From an uncultured virus (IMG/VR IMGVR_UViG_3300030330_006853) (lineage: Duplodnaviria > Heunggongvirae > Uroviricota > Caudoviricetes), in the IMG/VR virus record IMGVR_UViG_3300030330_006853: a stretch of DNA of 64,000 nucleotides; one strand, given 5' to 3'. Positions within the stretch are counted from its first letter, which is position 1; each line of letters begins with the position of its first letter. The notes beneath the pieces were generated by a model. It worked only from the letters and a program-made list of their open reading frames with translations, did not search any database and had not been told where the DNA came from. Shown here piece after piece: positions 9,660 to 20,556 of the stretch. The translations under genes and the position numbers were made by a program.

Positions 9660-12600
9660 TTAGAATTTCTTCATGGATGCGACAAACTGCTGGAGTAGAA
9701 TCCTACCCTTTAGGTCACTTCTATTGTTATCACCCAAGTAGTGATCGTTAAATAAGTATTCAAATTTTGGTCGCTCTAAAATGTGAGATTCAATAACGAA
9801 ATTTATACCCTGGAATCTTGTTTTCTTAGGTAGCAAGTCTTCGATCATGTTTCCTACGGCGCCGTCAAACCACTTATAAAATTCAAAAAATTCTTTATTG
9901 TTTATTTTTTTAGTAAGCCTGTTGAAGTAAACATCTCTTAGATTTGTTAAGCTGGGATAATCAGGAGCAAACATCAGCTCTGGATTACCGATTGCATTTT
10001 CAATTTCTTGAAGTGTAGAGAAAATATTGATTATATCTTCGTCAACTGCATCTGCTATAGAAAAATCTATGGTAAATCTTGGGTCGTCTGTGGGTTCAAG
10101 AGAAGGCTGCAGCTTATAAATGGGTGCAAACTCTACATCAAACTCTTTTACATTAGCTTTCTGAGAAAACCCTCTTGCACGAACTTTGACATCTGTCTCA
10201 GCTTCGTCAAATCTTGGTGAAATATGACTATAGTAGAATGTCTCGGGAAATATAATATCTGATCCTGATGCAAAGCCAGTTCCCGTGAGATGCAAGTCAT
10301 TCTGTGAGAAATCAAATATTTGTCTGCTGCGGTCGGCAAGAGCAGAAGTCAAAACTTGGTCTGTCGACGCGTCGATTCTCAGTCTTTCAAAAGAACCGCT
10401 GGGTGTTGTCTCAAAGTTAAAATTAACCAGTGGATTGGATACACCAAGAGACTTAAAGTTTCTTACATGCTCCTTCCATTCTTCAGCTTCCAGGGCTTTC
10501 GACCAAAATCTTATATGACCGACTTTTCCAGTAAAGTTCGTCTGGTTTGCTAAAGGCCTAACATTTCTTGTGTTGAGATAGTAGCCTGTGCCTAGATTCA
10601 AAGATTGAGAACCTATGGTAAAGAAGGAACCGGAGGCATTATTAGTAAGACTTTGCAAAACAACATTTCCGAAAGAACCCGATGGATCCTCTAGGTAAAA
10701 AGAAGATGTTGCAAAATAGTCTACTATCCTCCCGTTATCTTGTCGGGCACAGCGCAAGAAATAAGATGAAGATACCACAGAACCAGTAAGGTCATTTCGA
10801 AAGCGACCGAATGAAACGTTCCATTTTTTCCCATCAAATATATCAACCCCTGAAAGCTCCATATCAAGAGCGGGATAAACAGTCGTTGAAGTTACCCCAA
10901 AACTTGGCCGGCCAAACAGCCTTACTCCGGAGTTTTCTGAACCTGTAACAGCTAATAAATTAAAGATTAATCCGTAGGCATTAGCATTAGAAACTGCGCC
11001 TGATACGTTTAGCCTCATTAGACTTTGCGTGGTAGGATGAGAAGCTACAGATCCTGTTGCAGTAATATTTTCAAACTTATAAATCCCTTCATAGGTCCAA
11101 GAACCTGACGTAAAAAGGCCGTCAGATGGCTGGTTTGAGATTCCGTGAACACCGTTTCTTGTCCCCTTGTTGACCATCGATCCGCGGATTAAAGGATTTC
11201 CTACCTCAATTCTGGAACCCGAGAGAAATGGTGACTGGACAAATGGCATCTTTGGATTAATGCCTCTGAGATCAACGCTTGTCTTAACCACAGTTGTCGC
11301 AAGAGATCCCGAAAATGTCAATAGGGTGCTTGTTTCTGTCTTTCTTTTTCGATACTGTTTAATTTTTCGCTGAGTAGGTCCTCCAAACTCTCTTATTCTA
11401 AAGTTTGAGTCTGGGTCGATTCCCATAGACCTGATTAGAGACTTTACACCATGAAGCGTTCCCTTGGACCTAATCACATCCTGAAAATTGGTTAGTATTC
11501 TTCTGGTGATTTCATTCTTGACAAACTGCAGAGTTTTTGATGAGTAACCTGCGATATCTTTTAAATCTTCACCCTGATAAAACTGAGCTGGATCTGAATC
11601 TGCAAAAAAGTTAGGTATTGTCACACCATAGTGGTCCACTAGCGAAGGTAGAAGATGATCAGCTATCGTATCTTCTCGATCGTAGCTTACAGTTTTTACT
11701 TTAGAAAGCTGGTCCACATATATCTTCATTTCATCGAAGAACTTAGCCCAAACATACAAGAAAGAAGACAGTATTTGTTCAGTCCCAAGCTCAGCAGATC
11801 CCGGTATACTCTCCCCGCCTATCGATCCCGTGATATTTCCTTCTTCATTTTCAAATCCGAAAAAGGCCTTACCTTCTTCAAAGTAGTGCTTAGGAACAAG
11901 CTTTGTAATCAAATTAGGATTTTCTTCGTCATAAGAAGTTCCGCTGTTCAATAGATCCATATTAAGCAAGTGAACCTTGCTATATCCCGGAAATAACACT
12001 GGATTAAATTCTTCTTTTTCATCCTTAAGAGGAACAGGTATCGAAGATGTATTTCTAAGACTATGTTTAAAATTAGTTATTAAAGAGTGAAGAGAGTTCC
12101 CGCTGCTATCTAAAACAATATTGCTTCTTTGGCCTAGAGAGCCAGTAGGCTCATTAAACTTAAAGTAAAGCTTTAGATCTTCTTCGGCAAAGATATTTTT
12201 ATTTTTAAACTGTTTTTGAATTTCTTCAGACCGGTTTGAATGGAAAATTCTAAGCTCATCTAGTGCACCTGAGAATGTTTGTGTTGGTGTAAAGTTAAGT
12301 GTCGAATAGTTAGGTCCCATGTGACGGTGAATTGAACCGCTACCGATCGTAAGAGGTGACACCTGGAAATCGATGCTCCCCATCCCATATGAATTAGAAG
12401 ATGTTGCAACTCTTGCAGAATTAACGAATATTTCTAGAAAATTATTTCCAGCCTTTCTGTTAAAGGTTGCACATATGTGATTGAACTTTCCTTTTGCAAT
12501 AGATGCGCTTGTGTGTAGTCGAGCTTCTGATCCTGAAGAAATAGCGAACAAAAGATTGCACGTAGTCGTGCTTGCAGACTGCGAAAGCCCTAGCGTTATC

Positions 12601-13208
12601 CCCTTAGTAGACCCCGAAAGTTTTTGTATGACAACCTGATTTGAATTTGCAATGGTTGGAACAAATAGCTCCATTTCAAAACTAATTGATTTATTTATGG
12701 GGTTTAAAACATTTTCTCCATCATCTCTTTTCGAGAGCGTAGGAAATGTAGATCCAGCAAAATCAACTACTTTAATGTGAGTGCCTTCTAGAGAGCCGCC
12801 ATGAGTTGAACCAGAAAAGAACAAGTATCCTTTACTCGTAGGGAATTTATCAAAGATGTATTTTTCGTATCCTGTCAGACTGTCAAGAAATTCTATTCTC
12901 TCAGCGCTAGACCCGTCAAAAGGATAGTTGTTAATAATCCTATCAAAGGCAACATTTACAGAAGTAACTGCAGAGTTGAAAAATATATGATTTTCTAGTC
13001 CTGCGTAATCAAGAGCAATTTGCTGGGTTGATCTTAGCCCAGTCCCGGGTTGATCATATCTAAAAGCTGTGCTTTTTATGATCCCGGAAGATTTTAGCGT
13101 TTGTTTATCTTGATTATATAGAGCGCGGCTGTCCCCGTCGGCTGCGCGAACTATATCTGAGGTAAAAACGGGTGGTGCACCCTGTGTAAGTGAACGCTTA
13201 CTTGACAT
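9660..13208 (-). CDS. Baseplate/tail protein with LamG-like domains and a baseplate-wedge-like central region
   Basis: LamG pattern (FNHICATF...FSGALDELRIF...LKLYFKFNE). The LLPSLVDHYG...SKGTLHGVKSLIRSMGI segment resembles P2 gpI/T4 gp7-like wedge proteins. Confidence 0.7.
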   Translation of the reverse strand: MSSKRSLTQGAPPVFTSDIVRAADGDSRALYNQDKQTLKSSGIIKSTAFRYDQPGTGLRSTQQIALDYAGLENHIFFNSAVTSVNVAFDRIINNYPFDGSSAERIEFLDSLTGYEKYIFDKFPTSKGYLFFSGSTHGGSLEGTHIKVVDFAGSTFPTLSKRDDGENVLNPINKSISFEMELFVPTIANSNQVVIQKLSGSTKGITLGLSQSASTTTCNLLFAISSGSEARLHTSASIAKGKFNHICATFNRKAGNNFLEIFVNSARVATSSNSYGMGSIDFQVSPLTIGSGSIHRHMGPNYSTLNFTPTQTFSGALDELRIFHSNRSEEIQKQFKNKNIFAEEDLKLYFKFNEPTGSLGQRSNIVLDSSGNSLHSLITNFKHSLRNTSSIPVPLKDEKEEFNPVLFPGYSKVHLLNMDLLNSGTSYDEENPNLITKLVPKHYFEEGKAFFGFENEEGNITGSIGGESIPGSAELGTEQILSSFLYVWAKFFDEMKIYVDQLSKVKTVSYDREDTIADHLLPSLVDHYGVTIPNFFADSDPAQFYQGEDLKDIAGYSSKTLQFVKNEITRRILTNFQDVIRSKGTLHGVKSLIRSMGIDPDSNFRIREFGGPTQRKIKQYRKRKTETSTLLTFSGSLATTVVKTSVDLRGINPKMPFVQSPFLSGSRIEVGNPLIRGSMVNKGTRNGVHGISNQPSDGLFTSGSWTYEGIYKFENITATGSVASHPTTQSLMRLNVSGAVSNANAYGLIFNLLAVTGSENSGVRLFGRPSFGVTSTTVYPALDMELSGVDIFDGKKWNVSFGRFRNDLTGSVVSSSYFLRCARQDNGRIVDYFATSSFYLEDPSGSFGNVVLQSLTNNASGSFFTIGSQSLNLGTGYYLNTRNVRPLANQTNFTGKVGHIRFWSKALEAEEWKEHVRNFKSLGVSNPLVNFNFETTPSGSFERLRIDASTDQVLTSALADRSRQIFDFSQNDLHLTGTGFASGSDIIFPETFYYSHISPRFDEAETDVKVRARGFSQKANVKEFDVEFAPIYKLQPSLEPTDDPRFTIDFSIADAVDEDIINIFSTLQEIENAIGNPELMFAPDYPSLTNLRDVYFNRLTKKINNKEFFEFYKWFDGAVGNMIEDLLPKKTRFQGINFVIESHILERPKFEYLFNDHYLGDNNRSDLKGRILLQQFVASMKKF

Positions 13209-14758
13209 TACGGATCAATCCTGAAACTTCCACCTATTTTCTCGAATACTCTATCTACGCCTGAATCCTTTAAAAGGATATCGATTACAAAGCTTCTACC
13301 GATCGGGAAATCATCGGTAAAGATATCAAAATACATGCCGTCAGAGTCTGTAGAAAGAAGTGTTGCATTTTTACTAGTCTCGAACGGTATTACTACGTCA
13401 TGGCTATAAGCATCTCTAATCCTGTAATAAGCTGAAGTGTAGATTTTGCTTTTTCTTTCCAGGGGAACTTTGTGAACAACAACAGGCTCTCCGATATCGA
13501 AAGCTACAACTCTTATTCTAGCTTTATTGCCAACTTTATAAGAAGCATTTAAATTTGAAATATTCCACGAAAGAACTGGATCAACATTAGTAAATCCAGA
13601 AGTATTTTGTCGATTAATCTTGAGCGAACCCGTAAAAAATCCTACTGTGGAATCAAGAGACTGCCAGAAAGTAGTGAAAGTTATGGAGCCGCTATCTCTC
13701 ACATAATCAGATAGCGATACTGAACCGTATGTTCCTGTATTAACAACAGAATTATCACCACTCCAAATCGCGAAAGATGCAGAATAAACTCCTGTCACAA
13801 AGTTTGTGGAACGACTAAACTGCGAACCTGTGATAATTTTATTATAGGATCCAGTAGACACCTTCACGAGAAGTGAGTTGTTTCCCTTAATCTCTGTTAA
13901 TGAAGAACCTGAAACTATGTTCTTTAGTCTCCCTCTAATCTTATTGTTTAAAAATATAGAGCCTGTTGAATCAAAAAAGAAGGACTCATGATGATCCTGA
14001 ATTGAGTCATCGAACATGACTTCGAGTCTAGGCGTAACATTCCTATTTGAAGAATGCCTTGAAGAAAACCGCTTTACAAATCGAGTCTTTTCATCAGTTT
14101 CTTGTGTTCCCGAAAATGAAATTCTAAAGCCGTGATCAGGAATCTGACTTGAGAGTGTAGCTGAAACTAATGTAGTAACGTCTATGCACAAATCTTCTGT
14201 GCCGTTGCTAAAAAGCTGTTCTTTCCAGAGATTTGCGACGCCATTGCCATCACTTAGGTTTCCGCTAGAAATAATATCAATATTACTGGATCCTAAGAGT
14301 CCTTGTGCATTCGCTCCAGTAATATTCCAGGTGACTGCAGTATCTCCGGATATACTAGAAGTAATAAAGTTTGCAGCATCAAGGTCTTGAAACTTAACAA
14401 CATCTTTTCCAATTCCTTCATCAAAAGACTTTGACAACGGGAAAAGTATTAGCTTGAAATTGCTAGGTAGGGTTTGACCTCCCATGACATCAAACATTTT
14501 AACATTACACTTGAACGAAGGGTCTGTGTAGTCTAATATAGATCCTGTCAGCTGCCGAAGAGGATTTAGATCAAACTTAACAAGAACTCTTGTTAATTCT
14601 TTTGGCTTAGACTCACCTGAAATGTCTGACTCGTCGAAAAGCTTGAATAAGTCAAGAGTTCCAGCTCGACCAACATTTGCATCTGTTGCTCTAAAATCGT
14701 TGTTAATGATCTTATTAGTAATATATGTGTCTTTGGAGGCAGTTAAAATTCTATACAT
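13208..14758 (-). CDS. Virion structural protein (baseplate-associated)
   Basis: 516-aa ORF lying between wedge genes, rich in TGS/SGS. Confidence 0.65.
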   Translation of the reverse strand: MYRILTASKDTYITNKIINNDFRATDANVGRAGTLDLFKLFDESDISGESKPKELTRVLVKFDLNPLRQLTGSILDYTDPSFKCNVKMFDVMGGQTLPSNFKLILFPLSKSFDEGIGKDVVKFQDLDAANFITSSISGDTAVTWNITGANAQGLLGSSNIDIISSGNLSDGNGVANLWKEQLFSNGTEDLCIDVTTLVSATLSSQIPDHGFRISFSGTQETDEKTRFVKRFSSRHSSNRNVTPRLEVMFDDSIQDHHESFFFDSTGSIFLNNKIRGRLKNIVSGSSLTEIKGNNSLLVKVSTGSYNKIITGSQFSRSTNFVTGVYSASFAIWSGDNSVVNTGTYGSVSLSDYVRDSGSITFTTFWQSLDSTVGFFTGSLKINRQNTSGFTNVDPVLSWNISNLNASYKVGNKARIRVVAFDIGEPVVVHKVPLERKSKIYTSAYYRIRDAYSHDVVIPFETSKNATLLSTDSDGMYFDIFTDDFPIGRSFVIDILLKDSGVDRVFEKIGGSFRIDP

Positions 14759-14766
14759 GGTTTATC

Positions 14767-16608
14767 CTACAGAGCCGTTCCTCTTATATCAAATTCATCA
14801 AACTTTAACTCAAAAATTCCTCCGGGAGGTGGGAAAACAATACCCTTTCTAGTTTGTGACAAGACGTTAAATGTAGAGGAAGAATATTTTCTCTTTTTAA
14901 AGATGCCGCTGAGGTTTCTTAATCTCAAGTCTATCACAGACAAAACCCCCGAAGTATTAAAAGCAAGATTTTCAAGGTCTGATAATATTACAGGCTGGTC
15001 TATTTGAAAGTTTTCGACATCCATATAGCTTGCTATCTTATCAATGACATCTTGTAAGACGACTTCTTGATTGAAGTTAGGATCGACGGCGACTTGAAAG
15101 TCTACTCCCACATTAAAAACTTGAGCATCTAAAATATCTATTGCATCAGAAATTAGCCTAAACTCGTTCAAATACTTAACGAGGTTTTTCTTAAGGGTGT
15201 CTGGAGACATAATTAGGCGACCCGCGTCATCTCGACTTACAACAAACAGCTGGCTGGCATTTGGATTGTTTTCATTAGGCCTAATTCCTGCCCTAAAAAC
15301 CCTTCCAAACTGTGCAGGCAAAGTATAAATCCTAGAGAGAAGATCTTGCTTAGTTACTATTCTTGACTGGGCGTTTCTTGCTGGTGCTATCTTAGACCTG
15401 AGATCATCGATAGAGGGAGCATCAGAACCTCCTGTTGCAGGTGATTCATTAGTGCACTCAGTAGAGCTTCTCACATTTCTAGCAACTAGAGCGCTTACAG
15501 ACTCATCAAAATCCATAAGAAGTGTCTGGACACCTACTATGGTTTCAGCACCTACGTTATGATCTAGACCGCCCCCGTGACGATATCTTACCGTCAATGC
15601 AGTGTTCCTAGGGGATATTCCTAGCGTAGATGTATTAAGCAAAGCTCCGGGATCAATAGTAAATCTTGAAAATGCCTTTTTGCCAAAAAGCGGAAGAGAC
15701 AGAGTGCTAGGATCAGGAATCGCATCAGAATCTGAAGAAGTTTCATTTCCGCTTCCAAATCTAAGCGTGGTCTCTTTTGTTTGAAAGTCAGTCTCTGTTA
15801 CAAATCTTCTATTTGCAAACCTTAAGTCCAGATTGTCTTTTACAACGAGATTGTCATCAGAAAGATTTACTGTTGAGACAAAAACTGTGTCTTGTGCGAG
15901 CGCATCTACTTCGTAATATTCATTTCCATTTGTATCAAAAACTGAAAGAATAACATTTACGTCTTCATTAGAAAGAGTAATGGTTCTGAAAGGAATGTGA
16001 ACATCAGGTATTGCGAAGGTTTCTTCTGTCTCAATACCTGATGCGCATAAACCGCTAAGAGACAGCGTGTAGTTTGTTGGAATTCCTTCTGTGTCTGTAG
16101 TAAGAACTTTTACTCCTGCAATCAGGTTGCCGTTTTTGTCTTTTTTAGAAAAATCTAAGTCTTCTGTTAGGTTAAAATTAACATCTCCTGTAGAGACAAT
16201 AGTTCCTTGCTTGATTATTGGCAGGGCAGCAGACTGAGGTTGATATACAGAGCCTTTTCTTTCTGCTGGCACTTCAATTAGAAACTTCACGGTTGCAACT
16301 GCAGGGCTTGCGCCTTCAATATCGACACCTGCCATTCGCAGCATTCTTTCTATATTTTCTTCTTCAACAGCTGTGTTTGGATCAAGTTCTTTAAACTGGT
16401 GATCTAAGTAAAAAGAATTTACATCTCCAACATATGCTGCTAAGTCTAAAAGAAGACCGCCTACAGAAGCTTCTGAAAAATCTTGTATTTTATCGGCAAA
16501 ATAAGTTCTTGCATACTGCAGCAAGTCGCCTCTTAAAGAACCGAAATCTTTATTCAAATAGGATCTTTGCCTGTCAGGAAGAACCTTCTTTTTAGTATCT
16601 TCTGCCAC
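14767..16608 (-). CDS. Baseplate wedge subunit (T4 gp6 / baseplate J-like)
   Basis: YLNKDF..LR...DFSEASVGGLLLDLAAYVGD..FYLD N-terminus; LRFGSG; ATGGSD...AQSRIVTKQD motif typical of gp6/J. Confidence 0.9.
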   Translation of the reverse strand: MAEDTKKKVLPDRQRSYLNKDFGSLRGDLLQYARTYFADKIQDFSEASVGGLLLDLAAYVGDVNSFYLDHQFKELDPNTAVEEENIERMLRMAGVDIEGASPAVATVKFLIEVPAERKGSVYQPQSAALPIIKQGTIVSTGDVNFNLTEDLDFSKKDKNGNLIAGVKVLTTDTEGIPTNYTLSLSGLCASGIETEETFAIPDVHIPFRTITLSNEDVNVILSVFDTNGNEYYEVDALAQDTVFVSTVNLSDDNLVVKDNLDLRFANRRFVTETDFQTKETTLRFGSGNETSSDSDAIPDPSTLSLPLFGKKAFSRFTIDPGALLNTSTLGISPRNTALTVRYRHGGGLDHNVGAETIVGVQTLLMDFDESVSALVARNVRSSTECTNESPATGGSDAPSIDDLRSKIAPARNAQSRIVTKQDLLSRIYTLPAQFGRVFRAGIRPNENNPNASQLFVVSRDDAGRLIMSPDTLKKNLVKYLNEFRLISDAIDILDAQVFNVGVDFQVAVDPNFNQEVVLQDVIDKIASYMDVENFQIDQPVILSDLENLAFNTSGVLSVIDLRLRNLSGIFKKRKYSSSTFNVLSQTRKGIVFPPPGGIFELKFDEFDIRGTAL

Positions 16609-17078
16609 TATGCTCCTCCGGTTATTTCAATGGAAAGGGATCTATTTTCTACCGCTAAAACGGGAACATCGTAAGTTAACCTAATCTTCAGTCGTGATAG
16701 GCTGTCGCCTGTACCGGGCTGAAACTGACTTTCAAATTCTTGAAGATCTATAAAGGGTAAATATTTTTCAACGGATGTCTTTATCCTTACCATTGCTTCT
16801 TCTTCTATGTCTACTTCGGCAGATGACTCAAATACTAATGGTAAAAGATCTGCACCGAAGTCGTAAAAACCTAGTCTTTCCCCGTGATTAGTCAAGAGCA
16901 AATTTTTTAAGTTGTCTTGTATCTGATCTATAGGCGTATAGTGCATAGAAAATATGCCTTCTTTAAGAACGCCGAGGCGCAAAGGTGTTTTAAATCCTAT
17001 GGGTTTTGGAAGCGTCTTTACCTCATATTTTTTGTTGGTAGATAAAGTTCCAACGCTTTTAAAGCTACGTGCCATCAT
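16608..17078 (-). CDS. Baseplate wedge protein, gp25/gpW-like
   Basis: QIQDNLKNLLLTNHGERLGFYDFGADL..LVFE...VEKYLPFI matches the gp25 family pattern; directly upstream of the gp6-like gene. Confidence 0.9.
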   Translation of the reverse strand: MMARSFKSVGTLSTNKKYEVKTLPKPIGFKTPLRLGVLKEGIFSMHYTPIDQIQDNLKNLLLTNHGERLGFYDFGADLLPLVFESSAEVDIEEEAMVRIKTSVEKYLPFIDLQEFESQFQPGTGDSLSRLKIRLTYDVPVLAVENRSLSIEITGGA

Positions 17079-17103
17079 AGATTCCGGGGAAAGTGGTCAA
17101 AAC

Positions 17104-17110
17104 TAAATAT
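17104..17110 (-). promoter_or_regulatory. Putative late promoter motif ATATTTA upstream of the baseplate wedge operon
   Basis: The same 7-mer recurs in several intergenic gaps; here it is ~26 nt before the gp25-like start. Confidence 0.55.
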
Positions 17111-17129
17111 CACTGTTAATAAAAATGGA

Positions 17130-17756
17130 TCACATGAGAGTGCTAACTATAGGTCCTGCTGCAGGTGGAGCTGTGTTAGTTCCTGCACCCGTAAAGGTTG
17201 CAACCTTAAAAGAACTATGAATAGCCGATGCCATTAACTTGATTACATCGTCTTCTTCACCTTGAGCTAATCCTGCGGCGATAGCTGGTGTCAGCAAAGG
17301 AGGTAGTGCCATCAATGTAGTTCCGACCCCTGCGATCGTGTTAGCAATGTTTGAAAAAGCAGTAAAAGATGTAGTAGCATACGCAAGTATTCCGCTTGTA
17401 ATTGCTGTCATTGCAGGATCTTGAGTTTTTAAAGATGCCAAAATTACTGACTTTAATGCGGGCGCGCCTACCTGTGATGTTTTAACTTTAAGTTTAGCAC
17501 CGGAAGAAGCTGCATCGGGGGGAGCTGGAGGTGCGGTTACGATTAAAGTCGAAGGAATAGGGATCATTATTTCTGCATCTGATGCATAATCAACGATAGC
17601 ATCAGTAATAAATCCTGCAATGGCATCCTGGCTATGTTTGGGCTCAGAAACTTCTACTTCTTGGCCATCGACATTTTTTTTAGACTTCTTTAGCTCTTTA
17701 GCTTTTGTAAAAGCGTCTTTTAGACCATTGACTAGCTTGTCTTGATCCAAAGCCAT
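17130..17756 (-). CDS. Hypothetical Ala-rich protein following the spike gene
   Basis: 208-aa ORF coupled to the spike-like gene. Confidence 0.65.
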   Translation of the reverse strand: MALDQDKLVNGLKDAFTKAKELKKSKKNVDGQEVEVSEPKHSQDAIAGFITDAIVDYASDAEIMIPIPSTLIVTAPPAPPDAASSGAKLKVKTSQVGAPALKSVILASLKTQDPAMTAITSGILAYATTSFTAFSNIANTIAGVGTTLMALPPLLTPAIAAGLAQGEEDDVIKLMASAIHSSFKVATFTGAGTNTAPPAAGPIVSTLM

Positions 17757-19498
17757 TACTTTGTTCTCGCATTTTTGCTTAAGAAAGAATCAAGCTGCCC
17801 TTTTACTTCAGCTATTTTGGAAACAATTGACGGGTTTAATATTCCAGGCCCAGTTCCGGTTGCAACAAAATTAGCTGCATTTTGCTCGAATGAAGTGAGC
17901 AAGCTGGAAAGCAAATCTCTTAGTATCCCACCCAAAACAATAGGCTCAGTAGCGTTATTACCGATATAAACCTGAGTTCCTTCACCATTTTCATTTTCTT
18001 TCCCTGAGCCTATTACTATTGATGGACTGTCAATAAGCATAGTCCCGGTAGGGTTCATTAAAATACAAGCTTGAGTTTTAGGGTGGCCTTCTTCGTCTAC
18101 CTGCCCTTCTTTTATGATTCTAATACTTCCTGCAGCTGCTGTGTCTTCTATAAATTTACCGTCAGCTTGTCTAGGGTGACTTGCAATAATCCTAACTTCT
18201 TTAGACTTGGAAATGACATAAGCGGAATCTGGAACTGGGTTAAAAGTCGGATCATTTCCAAGCCGCGGGAGCAAACTAGGCTCTGAGTATCCTAGGTTTT
18301 CATCCCCGTTCGTCTTCATTGAAATATAGATTCTAGAAAGATCTGTAATAAAGTTCGGGTCGCCTTCTATGATATTCTGCGATGGTATTCCGTCTTTTTT
18401 GGAACCTTGTCGCTTATCCTTGTCGGTAAAAGTCCAGGTTCTTTTTTCTACCTCTTCGTATTCTCTAGAATTTTTATCAGTAATAGTAGGCGTTTCTGGT
18501 GGTCTTAAGTTTACCTCGAGTTCAGGATTTATGATTGCAAGCGCTGATCTTCCGGCGACAATGTCTATGCTTCCCTGATATCCCTTAAGCCTGGGTAGAT
18601 TTTTTACAGGCTTGGCACCCTTGTTAGGTTCTTCGCCCTCAGGAAGCTTATAATTAACGCTACTTTCTTCCGTAGCAGAAGAACTTGGCCTGTCTTCTCC
18701 TAGGCAAATCAGAGTGTTATTAGATCCTTGAAGGACTAAGTCTCCTGGCCTGCTTGTAAATCTAGGCACTGCTTCTCGAGTCGTAAGAGACGACCCCTTT
18801 GCAAGTCTATTGATGTCTTCATAGTCTAGATCTGTTCTAAGTGTCTTAGAAGTCTTGATATCACGGTTTTCATCAGACCCTATTCCATTGTTGAACTGGG
18901 GTGGACCTATTTCTGGACCGCCTTTTTTAGAAATTTGTTCCGAAATACTAATGAGTGACTTAGACCGGTCAGCATGAGAGAAATTAAGGTCTTCTGCATA
19001 ACGAGGAAGGCAAATCCTAGACATCCAATATCCTTCACACATTGCCTCTGACGGTGTAAAAGACAGCAGTTGTTCTTCGTTTTTTCCTGCGTCTGAAAGA
19101 TTTCTTGAGATCGTAGCAGCTGGTGCACCTGCCTCGGTAGTTACGCCTGGAGTGAAAACCCATACATGCTCGCCTGGCTTGACAGGTAAGGAAAAATGAC
19201 TTTGAAAAAATGGATAATAAATTCTCGGAACAACACCATCATTTTCATTGGCGGTGACGTCTAATCCAACTACGCTGTTTTTAGGACAACAAAGAATTTG
19301 CTTTTTTAAAACTTCGTAAGCAGCTGACTTTGTCGTATTGAAAACAGAAAATATCCCGCCAGACTTTTCTGGTTCTTTGCTTGTTTTAGACTCAAAAAGA
19401 GTAGATAGTTCTTCTGCTGAGAGGAGTGAATACCTTTGTGCATCATCAATTACTTCAATAACGACAACTTGGCGAAACATAGAAACTGGAAATGCCAT
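17756..19498 (-). CDS. Baseplate central spike/hub protein (gp5/gpV-like)
   Basis: OB-fold-like YYPFF...LPVKPGEHVWV; PGDLVLQGSNN; C-terminal ATEPIVLG...GTGP pattern seen in spike proteins; position before gp25/gp6. Confidence 0.65.
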   Translation of the reverse strand: MAFPVSMFRQVVVIEVIDDAQRYSLLSAEELSTLFESKTSKEPEKSGGIFSVFNTTKSAAYEVLKKQILCCPKNSVVGLDVTANENDGVVPRIYYPFFQSHFSLPVKPGEHVWVFTPGVTTEAGAPAATISRNLSDAGKNEEQLLSFTPSEAMCEGYWMSRICLPRYAEDLNFSHADRSKSLISISEQISKKGGPEIGPPQFNNGIGSDENRDIKTSKTLRTDLDYEDINRLAKGSSLTTREAVPRFTSRPGDLVLQGSNNTLICLGEDRPSSSATEESSVNYKLPEGEEPNKGAKPVKNLPRLKGYQGSIDIVAGRSALAIINPELEVNLRPPETPTITDKNSREYEEVEKRTWTFTDKDKRQGSKKDGIPSQNIIEGDPNFITDLSRIYISMKTNGDENLGYSEPSLLPRLGNDPTFNPVPDSAYVISKSKEVRIIASHPRQADGKFIEDTAAAGSIRIIKEGQVDEEGHPKTQACILMNPTGTMLIDSPSIVIGSGKENENGEGTQVYIGNNATEPIVLGGILRDLLSSLLTSFEQNAANFVATGTGPGILNPSIVSKIAEVKGQLDSFLSKNARTK

Positions 19499-19830
19499 TA
19501 TTCATCTCCTGCAGAAATTTTCGTGTAGAGGCTGTCAGAATCTATTTCTTCTTTTTCTTCTTCATCAGACTTTTTCTGGAATAATTCTGCTAATTTAATA
19601 AGCTGATCGTTTGACTTTGCCATTCTCTCTAGGTATTTAGAGATTGCTGAGCCGAATAGCGCGTGCTTTTCTGGATCTGCTGTTACCTCTTTCCAAAGAT
19701 TGGTAATCAGCATTGAAGCTTTTTCTCGATCTGCTGTAGCATTTCGATATATTTCTTCACAAAGCTTGTCTGAAGTTACGTCTTCCTCTGCATCAGCAAG
19801 TTCTTTGTTTCTATTATCCGAAGATGGCAT
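19498..19830 (-). CDS. Hypothetical acidic helical protein
   Basis: 110-aa ORF overlapping both neighbours. Confidence 0.7.
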   Translation of the reverse strand: MPSSDNRNKELADAEEDVTSDKLCEEIYRNATADREKASMLITNLWKEVTADPEKHALFGSAISKYLERMAKSNDQLIKLAELFQKKSDEEEKEEIDSDSLYTKISAGDE

Positions 19831-20554
19831 AATATTCGTCGTGGTCCTTAATTTCTCTATACTTCTTCTTAATAGAAGACATCGTAGTTGTTAACTGCTT
19901 TGGATTGAGGCCGCTCATTTCTCTCAAATAGACAAAGACAGCACGCTTATTTAAAAAATCTAGATCATCAACGTTTTCAAAAAGGGAAATTATAGCGGAT
20001 ATGCAAAGCTTTTCATTTTCAGATGTTGCCTTTTTCTGTATTTCAGATAGAAGCTTAAATATTCCTTCTTTTTTCTGCTTTATCTCTGTGGGAGACTCAA
20101 AACCCATTTGAGTAAAATCATTTGCCAGAGACATGCTCTCGTAAGGTGTAAAAGTATCGGGATTATCAAGGCTAACATTCCTCTTTACAAACTTGGTTTT
20201 TTGCTTTGACTTGATTATAAGAAAGTTCTTAGCGACTACATTGAAGTAAGAAAACGCTTTTGTCCCTCTTGAGGCATCAAATTTATAAAGGGTCTCATAC
20301 AGAAAAGAAACACAATCATTTTTTAGAGCTTCATAGTTTTCATGAAGCGAAGAAAACTTGTAAATGAAGATTAAGTTTTCCGCTAGCTTTTCAAATGCCG
20401 GGCGTATTTCTTCATCATAAATCTTGTGTTTTTCGCTCAGGACATCAGACGCCTGAAAATTTTCAATTGCGGCTTGAGTTCCTTCATGGAAATACTGCCT
20501 GAGCTTGTTTTTGCCTCTTTTTTTGCGACGTCTCTTCACTGCCTTCTTTGTCAT
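19814..20554 (-). CDS. Phage sigma-factor-like protein (sigma region 2; T4 gp55-like late sigma)
   Basis: LKNDCVSFLYETLYKFDASRGTKAFSYFNVVAKN matches the sigma70 region 2.2-2.3 'kFDpskG..fstYa' pattern; upstream of structural genes. Confidence 0.7.
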   Translation of the reverse strand: MTKKAVKRRRKKRGKNKLRQYFHEGTQAAIENFQASDVLSEKHKIYDEEIRPAFEKLAENLIFIYKFSSLHENYEALKNDCVSFLYETLYKFDASRGTKAFSYFNVVAKNFLIIKSKQKTKFVKRNVSLDNPDTFTPYESMSLANDFTQMGFESPTEIKQKKEGIFKLLSEIQKKATSENEKLCISAIISLFENVDDLDFLNKRAVFVYLREMSGLNPKQLTTTMSSIKKKYREIKDHDEYYAIFG

Positions 20555-20556
20555 AA